Positions 24,231 to 38,845 of a stretch of DNA of 64,000 nucleotides are shown here, in pieces. A program made the translations under genes and the position numbers. The DNA is taken from positions 15,314,001-15,378,000 of the forward strand of contig JBHGNT010000016.1 of NCBI GenBank assembly GCA_043228905.1, given 5' to 3'. The stretch's first letter is position 1; the number at the start of each line of letters is the position of its first letter. The notes under the pieces are model-generated. The model searched no databases. It was not told the DNA's origin and saw only the letters and a list, made by a program, of their open reading frames with translations. The stretch comes from Azolla caroliniana (lineage: Eukaryota; Plantae; Polypodiophyta).

Positions 24231-26139
24231 TTACCTCAACAATGAAGTGAAGGTGTTCCACATGTCAGCATCATTGCATGATGATGATGGTGACTCTAAT
24301 GCATTGATAAAGGGTTGGGATTGGCCATGGAAATTATTAGTATTTACATTATTTGAGTTATAATTACTCTCATGAGGACTAGATACATTGTTCGAGGAAT
24401 TGGGTCTATTAGTAATTATATCAATGTTGATTTTATTGTTAGTAGTAGAATTTATATCGATAGTATGATTGTAATGCTTACTATGATCCAAGGCATGAGT
24501 ATAAGCCCATTGTTCTACTAGTGGATTGACAAGGTAATTACTACAATCATATCGATCAAAATCACCAAGGTGGTGGTCTTGATTAACATGATTATATAAG
24601 TTGGGAATAGTAATGCTAGTAAAGCCCTCATCATCATGGCTTCCATGATAAGGGAAGAAAAGAGAAGTATTGTTGGTCATATGTTCGGTATTACTAATAG
24701 TAATAGTAGTGTTCTTGTTATTGATGTTTAAATTCGCATACTTGTGGTGATTCACATCAACATTAGAGCCCAACACCATTGGGTCATTGTCGTATGCTAT
24801 GGCCGGCGTCTTGCATTTGTTAATACTAGAAGATATGCTAATGTTGTCGACATTGCTTGAATTCGGGTGAGAAAGATCTCTTGGTGACCTCCGTTGTTCT
24901 GCTTCAATGCATCTTGATACCCTAATTGGGCTCTCTAGTCGAGGTAAGGGCAAGAAACTTGTACAAGGAGCTAGTTGATCTTGATTATGAGTATCGTTTA
25001 ATAATGGATAATTATGATCATGAACTAGACATTGATCATGTTGAAGTTGTCCTCGTTGTTGCTCGTCTTGACCATGGACTAATTTTGCATCACATTGACT
25101 TCCACAATTTTCTTCATTGTCACGAGAATTGTTTTCATCATGTATTGTCTCTTCTTTGCAATGATATGACCCAAGGGTCTGAGCTCCATCAATATAAGGT
25201 TCTTCAGCATTCTTTGGTGGATTTAGAAGGAAAAACATCTCCAAAATGTTAGCCACTTTCATGGAGGGGAAAATAAGGTTCATTACATTGTTTATTTGAT
25301 TTGTCCTTAGAATGAAGTCGTTTACACTCTTGTTTGTGTACACCACCACTCCCAAGTATTCAAGGCCAAATTTTCGGCCTCACATTGCTTTTGCTTTTTC
25401 TAAAACCCTCTAAATGCAACTTGAATCGCAATTCATTACAACTAGCTTTTATACATGAATGTGTATTTAGGTTCTCGAACCATTTTGGACTATGTACCTA
25501 TATATAGTGACACACATATGTATCCTGCAACACATACACATACATACACACACATACACACACATACATATACCTGGTTGTATGATTCAATGTTTGCAAT
25601 AGAGACTAGGCGATTGCTTGAATATTGCTCCAACTTAGCGAATTTGTCAATTGCATCATTGTCATTGTCAAATATGGTTGTTGGGCAAACACTTTCTAGT
25701 CGCGTAAGTACACGACGTTTACAAGTCTTGGTCATGTTAAGATTGTTATGGACTTCAATATGGTGACTGTTGGCATATTGATGTTGCATTCGCTTCTTGA
25801 AGACTCGACACACTGCCCATCCGTCGTCTTCCTACAAGTAATTAACTAGATCATGGATTTGGATACTTAATCTACCATTTTATGTAGATGATAGTAATCA
25901 CCATACTTGTTCTAGTGGTATTAATCTTGAGATCTCATTGTTTTTCAGTTAATTTTAGCTTATAATGAGAACCCATAATTACTTACTCTACTAAAAATAG
26001 GACAATTGAAATTAATGTATGGTTGGTCTCGTTATTCATATTTTATGTACTTATGGTGGTACTACAATATAACACTCACCACTAACGTTAGTCTCAAGTA
26101 ATGAGAATCAATTGGTATATGCATGCATGCATACATACA

Positions 26140-26170
<31 letters not shown>

Positions 26171-27675
26171 GTGTGTGTCTAGGTAGTATCCATATCATTA
26201 TTCACTCTAATTTAACACTAACATTAGTCTCAAGTAATGAGAATCAATTGGTATATGCATGCAAACATACATATGTGTGTGTCTGGGTAGTATCCATATC
26301 ATTATTCACTCTAGTTTAACACTATTCCCCATTTTATGAAATTCTAGTGTCACTTACATTGTTTTGATCTTGCAATGTGTGATCTTCGAGCCGATACTCG
26401 TGCATTATCCAATCAGTCTTTTGCCCATGCGGAGCACGACCACGATAAAATACCAAAGTTTTCCGCATGCCAATCCGCTCAGAATTGCAATGCACTGCCT
26501 TATCTCGACCAGTCGCTTTCCAAAATCCAGCCATTGTAGCCCGATTGGTTCGAGAGCCAGTAGGATACTTCTTGTCCTTGTGGCTAAAGAAATACCACTC
26601 TGCAGATTGGCTCGAGTCAATCTGACAAGTCTCTAAAATTACAACATTAATTGTGAATGTGATTGCAATGTTGATCAATTAGTGTTCAAATTATTTACTT
26701 TAGCTTGCCATATAGCTATAAACATTGAATGGCCATTAAGTAATTTTAATGTAGCACTATCCTTGTTTATACATTTCTTGAATCATCATGTCATCATACA
26801 TGTTGAAGATTGTTGTAATCCCAACTATCCAATTAACAATGTGGACTACTACTATTGCTACTTGCACCAACTTGATAAAACCTTGATTCTAGATTATGGA
26901 TATTGGCATGGTAAATGATGATTAATTGGGCTTTTTAAAAGCCTATATGCACATCCATATGCATGCTAACACAAATGTAGGCAAGTTATTTAAACCCTTC
27001 CACGTGGGGCATGATAAGAACAATATTATATAATAACCATGCATTTAGGCATGTGATTATTTAGCCTCTCCAAGAATGAGGAATCCCATCCTAGACATCT
27101 CTAGGTTAATGGAACCTTGACCAATGCATGGACGAGGCCCTTTACATCTATCAAATGACACACAATACAAATCATTAAGTGGCCATCAAGTGAAGTGAAC
27201 TTTAATGATGTAATCATTCATCCTTGTTTTTTTAAATCTTGCTACTTCTTTGAAGCATCACATATTCCTAAACATATTTCATTTTATGGGCATTATATGT
27301 AAAGTTTAATAACATAGTACCAGGTATAGTTCCTTGTCAAGCATTTTGTCAATATAATATATACATGCAAGTCCCTATTAATTATAATTAGACATTAATT
27401 ACAATCAAAATCTTTAACAACTTACCATGGAGATCCCATGGTTCAAGCTTGTTGAGATCCACATCCTTAATAACGTCTAGATCGAATGTCTCCATATTTA
27501 CTTTCTTTCTCAAGTAGTAGTTCACAAGCTCTTCGTCGGTGGGATGGAATCGAAACCCAGGTGGCACTAGTGGCGAAATCATCGAACATGAGTTCGAGCT
27601 TGGTGTCAATTTACCATCACAAGAGTTAAATGTAACTCGACTATAATTAATACTAGTGGCTAAATTATGATCCAT
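24231..27675 (-). CDS. NAC transcription factor of the VNS (VND/NST/SMB) group; exons 27675-27426, 26632-26358, 25831-25574, 25211-24231; predicted 587 aa
   Basis: [66 protein letters not shown]-terminal LPRLESP (LP-box) and terminal DMW motif. All introns are GT-AG and phase-compatible. The exon 4 acceptor is the least certain. Confidence 0.93.
26080..26320. repeat. Tandem duplication with (TACA)n microsatellite in NAC intron 2
   Basis: Two copies of ttagtctcaagtaatgagaatcaattggtatatgcatgca...catatcattattcactcta, differing in microsatellite length. Confidence 0.85.
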
Positions 27676-30613
27676 GTGGAACTACTTATAAGAGAATAAA
27701 TGACGTGTAGCAAAGATATTTTGAGAGCTATAATGTGGGTGATTTGGAAACCTATAATAGTTATAAACAGTGGGTCATATAAGTGTATTCAATGCATTCA
27801 AAAACCTATAACTCATGAGATTAGTGTACGTGTCACCTTTTCAATGTCATGTTTCACTACTACAAAATGAGCGTCTTTCGACACTTATACTACCATTTGT
27901 TATCTCGATTGGAAAATTTTCTAATGTGCACTTAGAACAAAATATACACTTATAAAAGTAAGGGTGTGTTGTTTGCCCTTTTGCTTTTTTTTTATTTTAC
28001 TTGTTTTTTTGTGATTGAAACTATAGTCATGATTTCTTGGGTAAATCTAAAAAGAAAAGGAAACAAATATTGCTCCAAGTTAAGAATATAATACATTGGG
28101 AAAAAATCCTTCTAGGCTTGCAATACAAGCAAAGATATTTAACTATAATATATTGTTCCTTTACAAGATGATATTTCTTCTAGTTAGATCCTTCTTTCGG
28201 AAAGTTTCATCCTTTCTATGACCATCTTTTCCTATTCTATCCATATAGATATGGTCACTACTAAAGAGAGTTAAGAGCATTGTAATGCATGTGACAATTC
28301 ATTGCCATGATCATCATTATATAATATGTTTTGATGTAAATGGTTGTGGATCATTCCTAACGAACAAAAAACACATAATTTGCATCAAAATGCTTAATAG
28401 ATCCTTAAATCCTATGTTCGTGTTTCTTGATTTCGTCGATGACCGACATTTTCAAAAGAGTCTTGTAATTATTCATTTTAATGTTAGCTCATTTAAGTTG
28501 CCTCAAATTCTTCGAGGCATATGAAAATGTTCTTTTTTATCTAAACATTAGAATCGTTAAGCATATTTATCATATGACATCCATAGTTAAATAAGGTTGA
28601 AGAGTCGAGTTTTAATGAACCTTGAAACATAGGGTATATATTATGCATGGCTTCCATAGCTTCTCTCTAGGTCCATTTATTTCTATTTCAATAAGCAAAC
28701 ATGAGAGCATCTGTAATGCCTCTCAATTAATTCAACCCAATGAAGATTGCAACAACATAATTATGACATTTGTTGTCCAAGCTCCTTTTTAAAGTTGTAG
28801 CTTTGTTTCTTAGATGGTGCATACATTACTTGTAGGGTCCTTACTAGAGAAAAGCTCTCCAATCATTTCTATCACAAGGTAATTTTGTTCACATGCAATC
28901 TGAATCTTTAGTCACCTCCATATCTTCTTTGTTGAAAAGAAAATAGTAACGAATAAAGGTTATTTCTAGATTTTTGTACGATATCTCAACTTGATGACTT
29001 TATGATCATCACCCATTAGTGATGCATCCACCTAAGCCCCATGTTTGTCGTTAGTTCATTTTTGCCTTATATAGATTGTGGGTAGAATTAACTTTACAAA
29101 GTTGAGAGGTAAGTAGATTTTATTAACATCCTTGAAGGTCAAAAGTGATATATGGAACCAAAATGAAAATTTTCCACACAAATTAGACATTATGTCAAGT
29201 ATAATGGTGCTTGGTTGTAATGTATAATGGTGTAGATTACCATGGAAATAAACTGGGGTTGGGATAGAAATGACTATCAAACTAAAATGCTTGTTGTGTG
29301 ATTTGTGTGTGTGTGTGTATGTGCGTAAAATAGTGCCACTAGGGTGTTAGTGGCTCGAACTTCCTAGTTATATTGTTAATTAACATCCAATTAAAAATCA
29401 GAGAAGTTATTACAAGGGAGAGAATAATCAATTACCTAACATTGATAGCAATCATTATATGGTAGAGGAAATATAGAAGTACTTGACTCAACATATGGAT
29501 ATTCAAATAAAGGAAAAGAAAATCAATTTTGTGCTTCCCTTTTTCCACTAGGAAACCATTAGACTACCTTATAGCACTCTCCCTTGGGCGAAAACCTAAA
29601 GAAAGGTGGTGTCTTGGATGGTGGACCAACCATTCACATGTTTTATAAAATGTAACCTCTCTCTCTCTCTCTCTCTCTCTCAAACAAATAACCTTGTGGT
29701 TCGCATGAAAATGATCATGATCCTCTAGGACCGTTTTTCCCGAAAGGGTCTATTATCTTAGTGAAAAAGGATTAGTTTTTCTAACAAAAGGTAGTAGATT
29801 CAAATTCCTACTTTCACACATCTTTGTGTTACACCATTTATCACCTCCTAAACAACATGCTCCAAATTGAAGACCACACAACGTCCAAATAATTCTCTCA
29901 TATGATATATCATCTTGGTCAAGGATACTTTGGGCAAAATAAATGGATGTACATTAGACCATGACTTAGTGAATGGACCGAGTAAAGATCAACAAAACAA
30001 GTTGTGGATATTGGGAAGGATATACAATTAAAAGGATCATAACTTCACATTAAGCACAACCATGTAGTAAGTTTGAGCACCAATGAAAAATATATAGTGT
30101 TTCTTTATAAACTTCTACAAACCATCTGATAGTGTCACGAGCAAAAGTAATAAAAAGAGCACATGCCATGAAAGTACCCGAGAATATATGGTGGATAATA
30201 TATGCCAAAACAAATTGGAGGAGGAAATATTAGAGATAGACTAGTGAGAGCAATGATAATATTGTTCTAAGTTGTGCTTATTTATGACATGCTAGAGAGG
30301 CTTCAAATGCACCTAGATGTTCTCCACACCTTTTGTTAAGATAGTAGAGATAACATGGTGTATCTTGTGAAAGCTAAAGCTAAGTTGTTTGGAACTAAGT
30401 AGAATCGATCAAGTTATGTCTAAACTGCCACAAACCATGTTACAACTTTTTAAACTATTGCCAAGTGACATATGCGGGCATGACATGTCAAACACATGGA
30501 TCACCCACGTAAAGAGTATTGTGATGAGGTTAAATATAGGGGCATGACATGGATCATCCACATAAAGAGTATTACAATGTTTGGAAGTACATGGCAAAAC
30601 CACTTAACACATT

Positions 30614-33600
30614 TGTCAAAGTTAATATGCGGAAGCTTTGACAAACCGGTTTATCCGGATAGCAATAGAAAACAGAGAATAAAGGTTTAATTGAAGCTTA
30701 GGAACAGAGAATACACATGAGAGACAGAGATCAGAAAACATAAACTCGATTCAAAATAATAGCACTCTATAACACTCTGTACATAGAATGTACTCAGAGG
30801 GCACTTTTATACAAGTCCTTATACGGACTGACAAGTACTTCAATGTTCATACGAGCGACTGGCACGGACTCCGAGGAATCTGCCTATGTACTAGGCTAGA
30901 TTCGTAGGCCTCTAACGGCTTGCCAGTTACAGTCGTTTGCTATTGCAACTCCGGCACTTGTAAACTCGTTGTCTCCTCCGTGTTGGCGTCAACTTCGGCT
31001 ACCTCCTCGTATACTTGGCCTTTAGTAGATTCAACTCCTCCGAATCAAACAGTTGAATCGAATCGACTGTCTCCGATTCGTTCCCGCTCTTGTTTGAGTT
31101 GGCTTTCTACAATTCGTTCCTGATCCCTGACCCTTCACGACATCGGACCATGTCCATGTCTTAGTCTTCTTCCGGTCGGCTTTGTCCTTCTTGACTCTGC
31201 CTCTATCGCCACTTGTTCCGACTTGTTCGAATATGCCGACTTCTTCAGTCAACCCAGCTTCCTTTTCCTTCTTGTCTCCACATGTCTTTGTTCTTTCTTT
31301 CTCTCCGGCTCCTTGTCTGGTGCCATTACCTATTTCCATTCTCCCCCTCAAGTGTGGCACGTCGAGATGTTGACCGAGCATCTCCAAAAAGTGTTGCAAC
31401 TTGTCCGATTCGAGCGGCTTGGTGAAGATGTTGGCAACCTGCCGATCCGTGTGAACATACCGAAGTTCAACTTCACTACTTAGGACCCGCTCACACACAA
31501 AGTGATAATGTACTTCTATGTGCTTTGTCCGAGCATGAAATACAAGGTTCTTAGTGAGTTGTATGTTGCTTACATTGTCACAATAGATCACGATCGGGGT
31601 CGGTACCTCGATCCGGAGGTCTTGCACCAGTTGCCGAAGCCATATAGCTTCACAAGTGGCAATGGTAGTGCCCTGGTACTCAGCTTCCGTGCTCGACAGA
31701 GCTACGGTTGGCTACTTTTTGTTGTTCCATGCAACAACCGCACTACCAAGAGAAAACATGTATCCAGAGGTGGATTGGCGATCTGATGCATCACCAGCCC
31801 AGTCAGCATCTGTATACCCGACGAGCTTTTCAACTATACCGTGTCACTATAACAAACCCTTATCCTTAGTGCCACTAACATACCGTAGTATCCAGTGTGC
31901 ACATTGAAGGTGCTCCAAGGTCGGCTTCTGCATGAATTGGCTAATCACTCTGACCGGATAATTGATGTCGGGTAGGGTGATAGTTAAGTAGATAAGGCTT
32001 CTGACAATTTTTTGGAACCATGTCTCGTTGCAAATCGGTTCGGAGTCAAGACATTGCTTCAGGTTCTAGTCCAGCAGAGTGGAGATCGATCGGCAATCCG
32101 TCATGCCGAACTTGTACAACATATTCAGCACATAATGTCGTTGTGAGAGCAATATGCCGTCGAGGTTATGGATCACCTCGATCCCAAGGAAATAATGAAG
32201 GTCCCCCAGGTCCTTCATTTCAAATGTGTCTGACAGTTGGGACTTCACTCCACTGATTTCATCGAGCCTAGGTCCGGTGATCACTAGATCATCTACATAT
32301 AACAGGATATATACCAGACCGTCCGAACCTTTCCAAACGAATAGTGAAGAGTCGAATTTTGAGGCCGCAAACCCCATCTTACGCAACTAGTGCATGATCT
32401 TCGAATTCCAAGCACGAGGGGGCTTTTTCAGGCCGTAAATCAACTTCTTAAGTCGGCACACTGCCGACTTGTTCATCTCCGATTGAAATCCAAGGGTTGG
32501 ATCATATAGACCTGTTCTTCAAGGTCACCTTGAAGAAACGCATTCTTCACATCAATCTGATGAAGATGTCATCCCCTTGCCGCAACAACCGCTAGCAGCA
32601 CACAGACCATTGTCATCTTCGCTACCAGAGCGAAGGTCTCATCATGGTCAATTCCTTGGGTCTGTGCGTATCCTATTGCCACTAATCGAGCCTTAAACCA
32701 GTTGACCAAACCGTCAACATGATACTTGACTTTATGCACCCACTTGCACCCGATCAGTTTGCAATGTTGGGGAGGGTCAACCAGGTCCCATGTGTTGTTG
32801 GCATCGAGTGCCCGCATTTCTTCCTCCATAGTGGCATGCCAGTGTGCGTTATTTGCCGCTTCTATGTAGCTCTCGAGCTCACGCACTTCCACCACTTTCA
32901 TCATGTACGCATAGTGATGCGCCATGTACTCATTTTATCTGTACCTCTTTACGTGGTTCTTCTGGCAGGTTGATCAGCGTAATTTCTCGTTAGATGATTT
33001 GAGGACCCTCGTGGCCGGCTCAGACTTCATTCCTGAAGGTCCGTCCTCGTTCTTCCTCGAGTTGGATTCGCTTTGATCTGACTCGTCTCGACCGGTGTCC
33101 TATTCCAGCATCTTCTTCTTCCCCTTTTCCTTGCATGTGAACCGTCTCCTTGGTTCCTTAAGGGGGGAGAGCACAACTGAGTCTCCACTACTCACCGGCT
33201 CTTCATTGGACTGGTCATTCCGACTCAGTCACTCATGCGGCTCACTCGAACTTGTTTTGTTTGGGGGTTATAGCACTTATAACCCTTTTGCTCATGTGAG
33301 TAGCCAACCAGGATGCACACCTCTAACTTCGGGTTCAACTTTCTCCACTTCTCATCTGGCACATGTGTTGGGAAACATGTCCCTCCGGATGGGAAGTGAA
33401 GTACCGTGTTGGCGAGTATCTCGGCCGAGGACGAAACCGAAATCGAAATCATAATAGAAAACCGAAATCATTTCGAAAGACTATAATTGTAAATAGTCTG
33501 AGATGCCCTTGTGGGCTATACTTGAAAATAGCCAGAAAGTTGCTTTTGTTTATAAGCAACTAGGGCAACTTTTAGTAAGTAGTTAGTTGATCATTATTGA

Positions 33601-36501
33601 AAAAGTTAGAACGAGGTGGTTGCCTTTGTAACAATGAGTGTGAGAGTGTAACTCTGTAGCAGTCTGTCAGACGAATGAGAACTCGAGGTCGTTGCCTCTG
33701 AGTTTCGTACTTGTACTTCCTTTCTACTATAATGATCTGTTTTTCTCAGGGTTTGTGGCCCCCGTGGTTTTTCCCCATTTTGGGTTTTCCACGAAAAACA
33801 TTGGTGTCTCTGTGTTTGCACGTTTTTCTTGTCTGTGTACTTGTTCTTGATTTCTGCACACGAACATGAACGTCTAACCGGTTGTGGCCGGTCGATTTCA
33901 AACAACATGCACATATGCAATGCTACCGAATATCTTAAGGTGTCTTAAATTCAGCTTCCGCCTGAAATATAGCTCGTGTGCTGACACCTTATCTCCGATC
34001 TGGTTTAGGATGTAGACAGCCATCAGTCGAGTAGAATTTGGGCATGCTTTTCTCCTCAAGCATTGCCCTTGCCACGTCGACAATCGACCGGTTCTTTCTC
34101 TCGGGCACACTGTTTTGTTCTTATGTGTATCTACAGCTGAATTCTCTTCGAATTCCTTTCTATTGCAGATAACTGTTGAATTGGCCAGAAAAGTATTCTT
34201 TTCTGCCATCCGACTGCAGGTAGTTGATCTTCCTCTACGTTTCCCGTTCAACAAGACTTTGCAGGTTTCGGAAACAGTCAAAGACTTTGCTTTTCTTCTC
34301 GATGAGGTAGATCCATGTGTGCCGGCTATAGTCGTTGATGAAGGAAATGAAATATCGACTCCTGCCAAGACTAACGTTCTTTGTCGGTCCCCATACATCC
34401 GAATGTATTAGATCGAGCTTGTTATGGCTCTGGTTTCTTTTGGTGGGGAAGGGAAGTCGTTGTTGCTTCCCGAGTTGGCAAGCTTCACAAATTTGGGCCT
34501 TTCGGCCACTAAATTTCGGCAATCCGAAAACAACTTGTTTCGATAGCAGGTCCTGAAGCCTCCGGTAGTTGACGTGGCCGATCCGCTTGTGCTAGAGATC
34601 GATGTCTGATTCGATCTTCTGTCCTTTTGTGAACATAGTGGTGTCGACGTCATTGGTGTTGAGAATGAACATCCTCCCATTCATGCGCCCTTGCGCGATT
34701 ATCTGCCCTTCTTCCTCTATGAAGCACCCGAGGTGCATGAACCGCACCTGCAACCCCTAGTCAACAATCTACCCGACCAACACCAGATTCTTTACGATTG
34801 TCGGAACATGTAGTACGTTCATCAGCTTTCCCTTTTGTCTAACATGGCTTAAAGGGACTCGTCGACATGCACAATCGGGTGAGGAGTGTCGTCTCTGATT
34901 TCGACAACTTCTTGTTGCTCCGATTTTTCCAAAAACAAGAACCACTCTTCATGGCTCGTCATGTGGTTTGATGCTCCAGAGTCAACGTACCACACTTCCT
35001 CCTATCCGGAAGTGGTCTTCTTCATCGAGTTTGCCTTGTGCTTCATCACAAAGGTTGGCCCTTTTCCGGTCTTTTCGGTTCCGGATACTTCCAATTCTTC
35101 TGCGTAGTGCAAGCTTTGTTGGTTCCCTTGTCTGGCTTGCTAGATCCGGATTTATCCGAATCGGCACGCTTCTTCCAGTACTCGCTTTCTCGGTGACCTT
35201 TCTTGCCATAATACCAACATTTCGTTGCGGTTTTCTCTTGCCTGCTCCCGGCACCGCCTTGACTCCCCCTGCTTGTGGAGGGTCCGGAACTGTTGTCGCC
35301 ACCATCATTGTGCCTTCGATTCTGCTCTTGTCGGCTGCCTGCATTGTGTGTTGACCCACTTCATCCCCAGGCCCACAGGGCCGATCCACCTCCTTGTATA
35401 GTATCCAAATTTGATTGAGTGGTCCTCAACCCACACACGTGGTTTTCTTCGACCATCAGCATCAATTATAGGTCGAAGAAGGACGGTAGTTTTTCCTGGG
35501 TGCAAATTGCCGTCTGGATCTGCGCGTACCATTGTGCTAGACCACCGAGGCAGATCTGGACCGTCACGTTCATGGAACCGAGCGCGTCGTAAATCTCCTT
35601 AATCTTGGTGGTGAAGTCGGTGACTGACATGTCCCTTAGCCAAATCTTGTTAAGCTCTTGCCGGAGTTGCAACTTCCGGGCCCTCGTACTTGTGATGAAA
35701 ATCTTCTAGAGATTTTCCCAGGCCTCCTTTGGTGATTTTACATCTCTGATGTAGCCAAGAATCTGTGTGCACACAAGACGCGAGGCAGTACAAAACCCTG
35801 CTCCGTCCTTGCTCCCAAACCGGGAAGTCCTTGTGTGCCGAATTCGGCACTGCTTCATTCGCTCCTTCCACGTACCTCCAGTATCGATGCCCAAGCAAGT
35901 ACTAGTGCATTTTATACGACCAGGACGAATAGTTGCTCTGGTCGAGCTTTTCCGTTGGAAGTGAGCTCGCCATGCTTCTGTCCATACCTTCTCTTTTAGG
36001 TTTGTTCTTTTACCGGTGATTAGGGTTTGTTTGTTTCTAGCAATTGTCAGCAGTTGAGGTTCTCAACCCGCGCTCTAATACCATGTCAAAGTTAATATGC
36101 GGAAGCTTTGACAAACCAGTTTATCCGGATAGCAACAGAAAACAGAGAATAAAGGTTTAATGAAAGCTTAGGAACACAGAATCCACAAGAGAGACAGAAA
36201 GAGCAGAAAGCATAAACTTGATTCAAAATAATAGCACTCTATAACACTTTGTACATAGAATGTGCTCAAAGAGCACTTTTATGCAAGTTCTTATATGGAC
36301 TGATAGAAGTACTGACAAGTACTTCAATGCTCATATGAGCGACTGACACTGATTCCAAGGAATCTGCTTATGTACCATGCTAGATTCGTAGGCCTCTAAT
36401 GGCCTACCAGTTACAGTCCGATCCGGCTCCTGGTTCCGGACACCGATTCGACTCTGGCTTGTTCAGCCGATCCAGATCAATTTGAGCTTGCCCGCTCAAC
36501 A
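30614..36501 (-). mobile_element. Degenerate Ty1/copia element (copia-3, family B)
   Basis: 5' LTR 36084-36501, adjacent PBS tggtattagagc, gag ATG 35973 (MASSLPTEKLD), INT/RT/RH fragments. 3' LTR 30614-~30934 has lost its U3 tip and PPT. TSD acatt/atatt. Confidence 0.92.
33366..33904 (+). mobile_element. Solo LTR related to copia family A, inserted in copia-3 integrase
   Basis: TGTTGGGAAAC...AAACA with perfect TSD ACATG (33361-33365, 33905-33909). Shares gtccctccggatggg, ggttttccacg and ggttgtggccg with family A LTRs. Confidence 0.93.
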
Positions 36502-37092
36502 ATATTCGTACCACATGTAATATGAGCACCATTGTTAATGCCATAACATATCATTAGAGCATAGCTATGAGTAGCAGTGATGACCATAGTTGAATCTTTA
36601 TCAAAGGTAGTGACTTCCATAGCAAGATTATTATAACCTCCTTGACAATAGCTACTCGCAACTTTCTCTCATATTTGTTGTACGGTTACCAACTGTTAGA
36701 CGTAAACAATTTTAATATGCTTAGATGAGTACTTGCTCTTGTATGGTATGCATACTAAATTAATGACCTTCACTCTAACCCTTTCTACAACCAAATTTCC
36801 CCACTTTGTGGCTTAACCTATTGGAAACAAGTCACGTGAGAAAAGCCAACATACTAAGGATAAACACTGAGATGACATGGGTTAACCCCTGGTTCTTACA
36901 AGAGAAGGATAATACACACAATCATTTAAAAAAAAAGATTGTGTGAATAGTGAGGCATGAAGGAAGATGACTACATCTTGTTACTATATATTTCACAGTC
37001 AGGAGGACAATCTAATCATGGTGTGTTGGTGGTTCTCATTTGTCTCACAATTGCAAATACTACTACAATCACACTCTCCTAATTATGTAACT

Positions 37093-37435
37093 AACCCAAT
37101 AAACATGATTAATAAAATAAAAGGACATGTAGCATGAGGAATATTGCTTCTTCCAACCCATTACAAATCCAATTTCTACACGATCATAATGGATTTAGCC
37201 ATGTCTAGCTTGGGAATTGTGTTTGACCAACATCCATGTAGAGGTGACCGATGAAGTGTGAACCATAAGTTATGCAATTAAGGTCTCAATGCTGTGACAA
37301 TCAAGTTCACCCAATAAACATGATTAATAAAATAAAAGCACATGTAGCATGAGGTAGTATTACTTCTTCCAACCCATGAAGTGTGAACCATAAGTTATGC
37401 AATTAAGGTCTCAATGTTGTGACAATCAAGTTCAC
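37093..37435. repeat. Local imperfect tandem duplication
   Basis: acccaataaacatgattaataaaataaaa and atgaagtgtgaaccataagttatgc...caagttcacc each occur twice. Confidence 0.75.
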
Positions 37436-38845
37436 CTCATGTACCAAATTAATTGCTCCAAATATTGAACTTTTTTCTATTCTTCTACCAAATTGAACCC
37501 TTAGATATGATCATACCTTACAACACGAACATACATGCACGTGTTTTCATTAACATCAATAATTAAGGTAGTTGGGTTAACATAAGAGTAACAAAGTAAG
37601 CACAATAACAAATATCTTGTCTACCACAAAGTAGCTTTACATTCTCATTATGTCCAATGTGATTGAAATGAATTAAGAGGTAGTCGCTTTGGTGGAGTGT
37701 CTAATTAATCGAAGGGGTAACACTACCAAACGAGTAGACACCTTTGTTAGTGTAAGACAAAAAACAAAGCTAGGGGGCCAGCCTTCTAAGAATCAGCCTA
37801 TTGTTAGCTACCTCTTGGATGAAAATCTTGTCACAAAATACCAAATTTGCAAGGCACATTCTGTAAGGATGGTTGAAAAAGCATATGGTGACCATATAGG
37901 TAACTCCATTATTCGACACGACAATAATTATCAGTCCCCATTTACATATAAAATTGCCTCCACCTTTGGCGAACCAATCAAGGCATATTTAAGAGACATT
38001 ACATCAGGTAAGAGCCTATTTCCCTTCAAGATCCAAAACTGCCATAAAAGCATTACTCCTTACACGATTCACTTGGTCATTCAATATGGTCATCATGTGA
38101 ATGTAATCAAGTTGATCACTATATATATCAAATATAAAAAAGAGCGCATATTGACTGACCAAATTTAACACTTTCAATTGTAGATTGGAAGAAAAGGTTG
38201 AAATCTGCCTACGAACAAGCATAGATGAAGGGGGTACATGAATAACAATATTAATGTATATAGGGAGTTTTCTTGACATCCATGCACTGAGATCATCATT
38301 TGCATGAAGAACAAATATCTCCAAACACTATTTCCTTCCTGAAATCTGTGGAAATTCCCTGCAAAAATCCTAAAGAAAACCTACCACTTCCGCACCTTCA
38401 AACTATCAATAAGCGCTGATTTGTTTCCTTTACAAATATCCTAAAGAAACTATCACTTGCACACCTGCTTGAAAATGGATTGAAAAGGGTGCAATATAGG
38501 GTGACAAATGCACTATAGAAGAGCCTGCTAATTTCAATTGAACCTATAAAAATCTTATATACGTATGATTTATCAAAGTAGAATACAAGCTATGTTAATT
38601 TGACATGTGAAACAAACAGCATATATGCATTTAGAACCAAATTTCCTTCATGGTTCTACACACTGGTGAACCTCATCTAACAAGTTGTTGCCTCATGATT
38701 TTCTTTTACCATTCATTGCATTTAAGCAGAGATAGAGAAGTCTTTGTTTTGCCATACCCAGGGATAAAACACATTCTCTGTGTATTCACTTTCCCTTTGG
38801 TCAGTACTGTGCCTTCCAAGCCTGGTAGAAACAAAATAATAATGG

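Noticed and set aside
37689-38168. 159-aa ORF
   Set aside because: Non-ATG start, no recognisable motif, AT-rich sequence downstream of AIPP1; likely chance.
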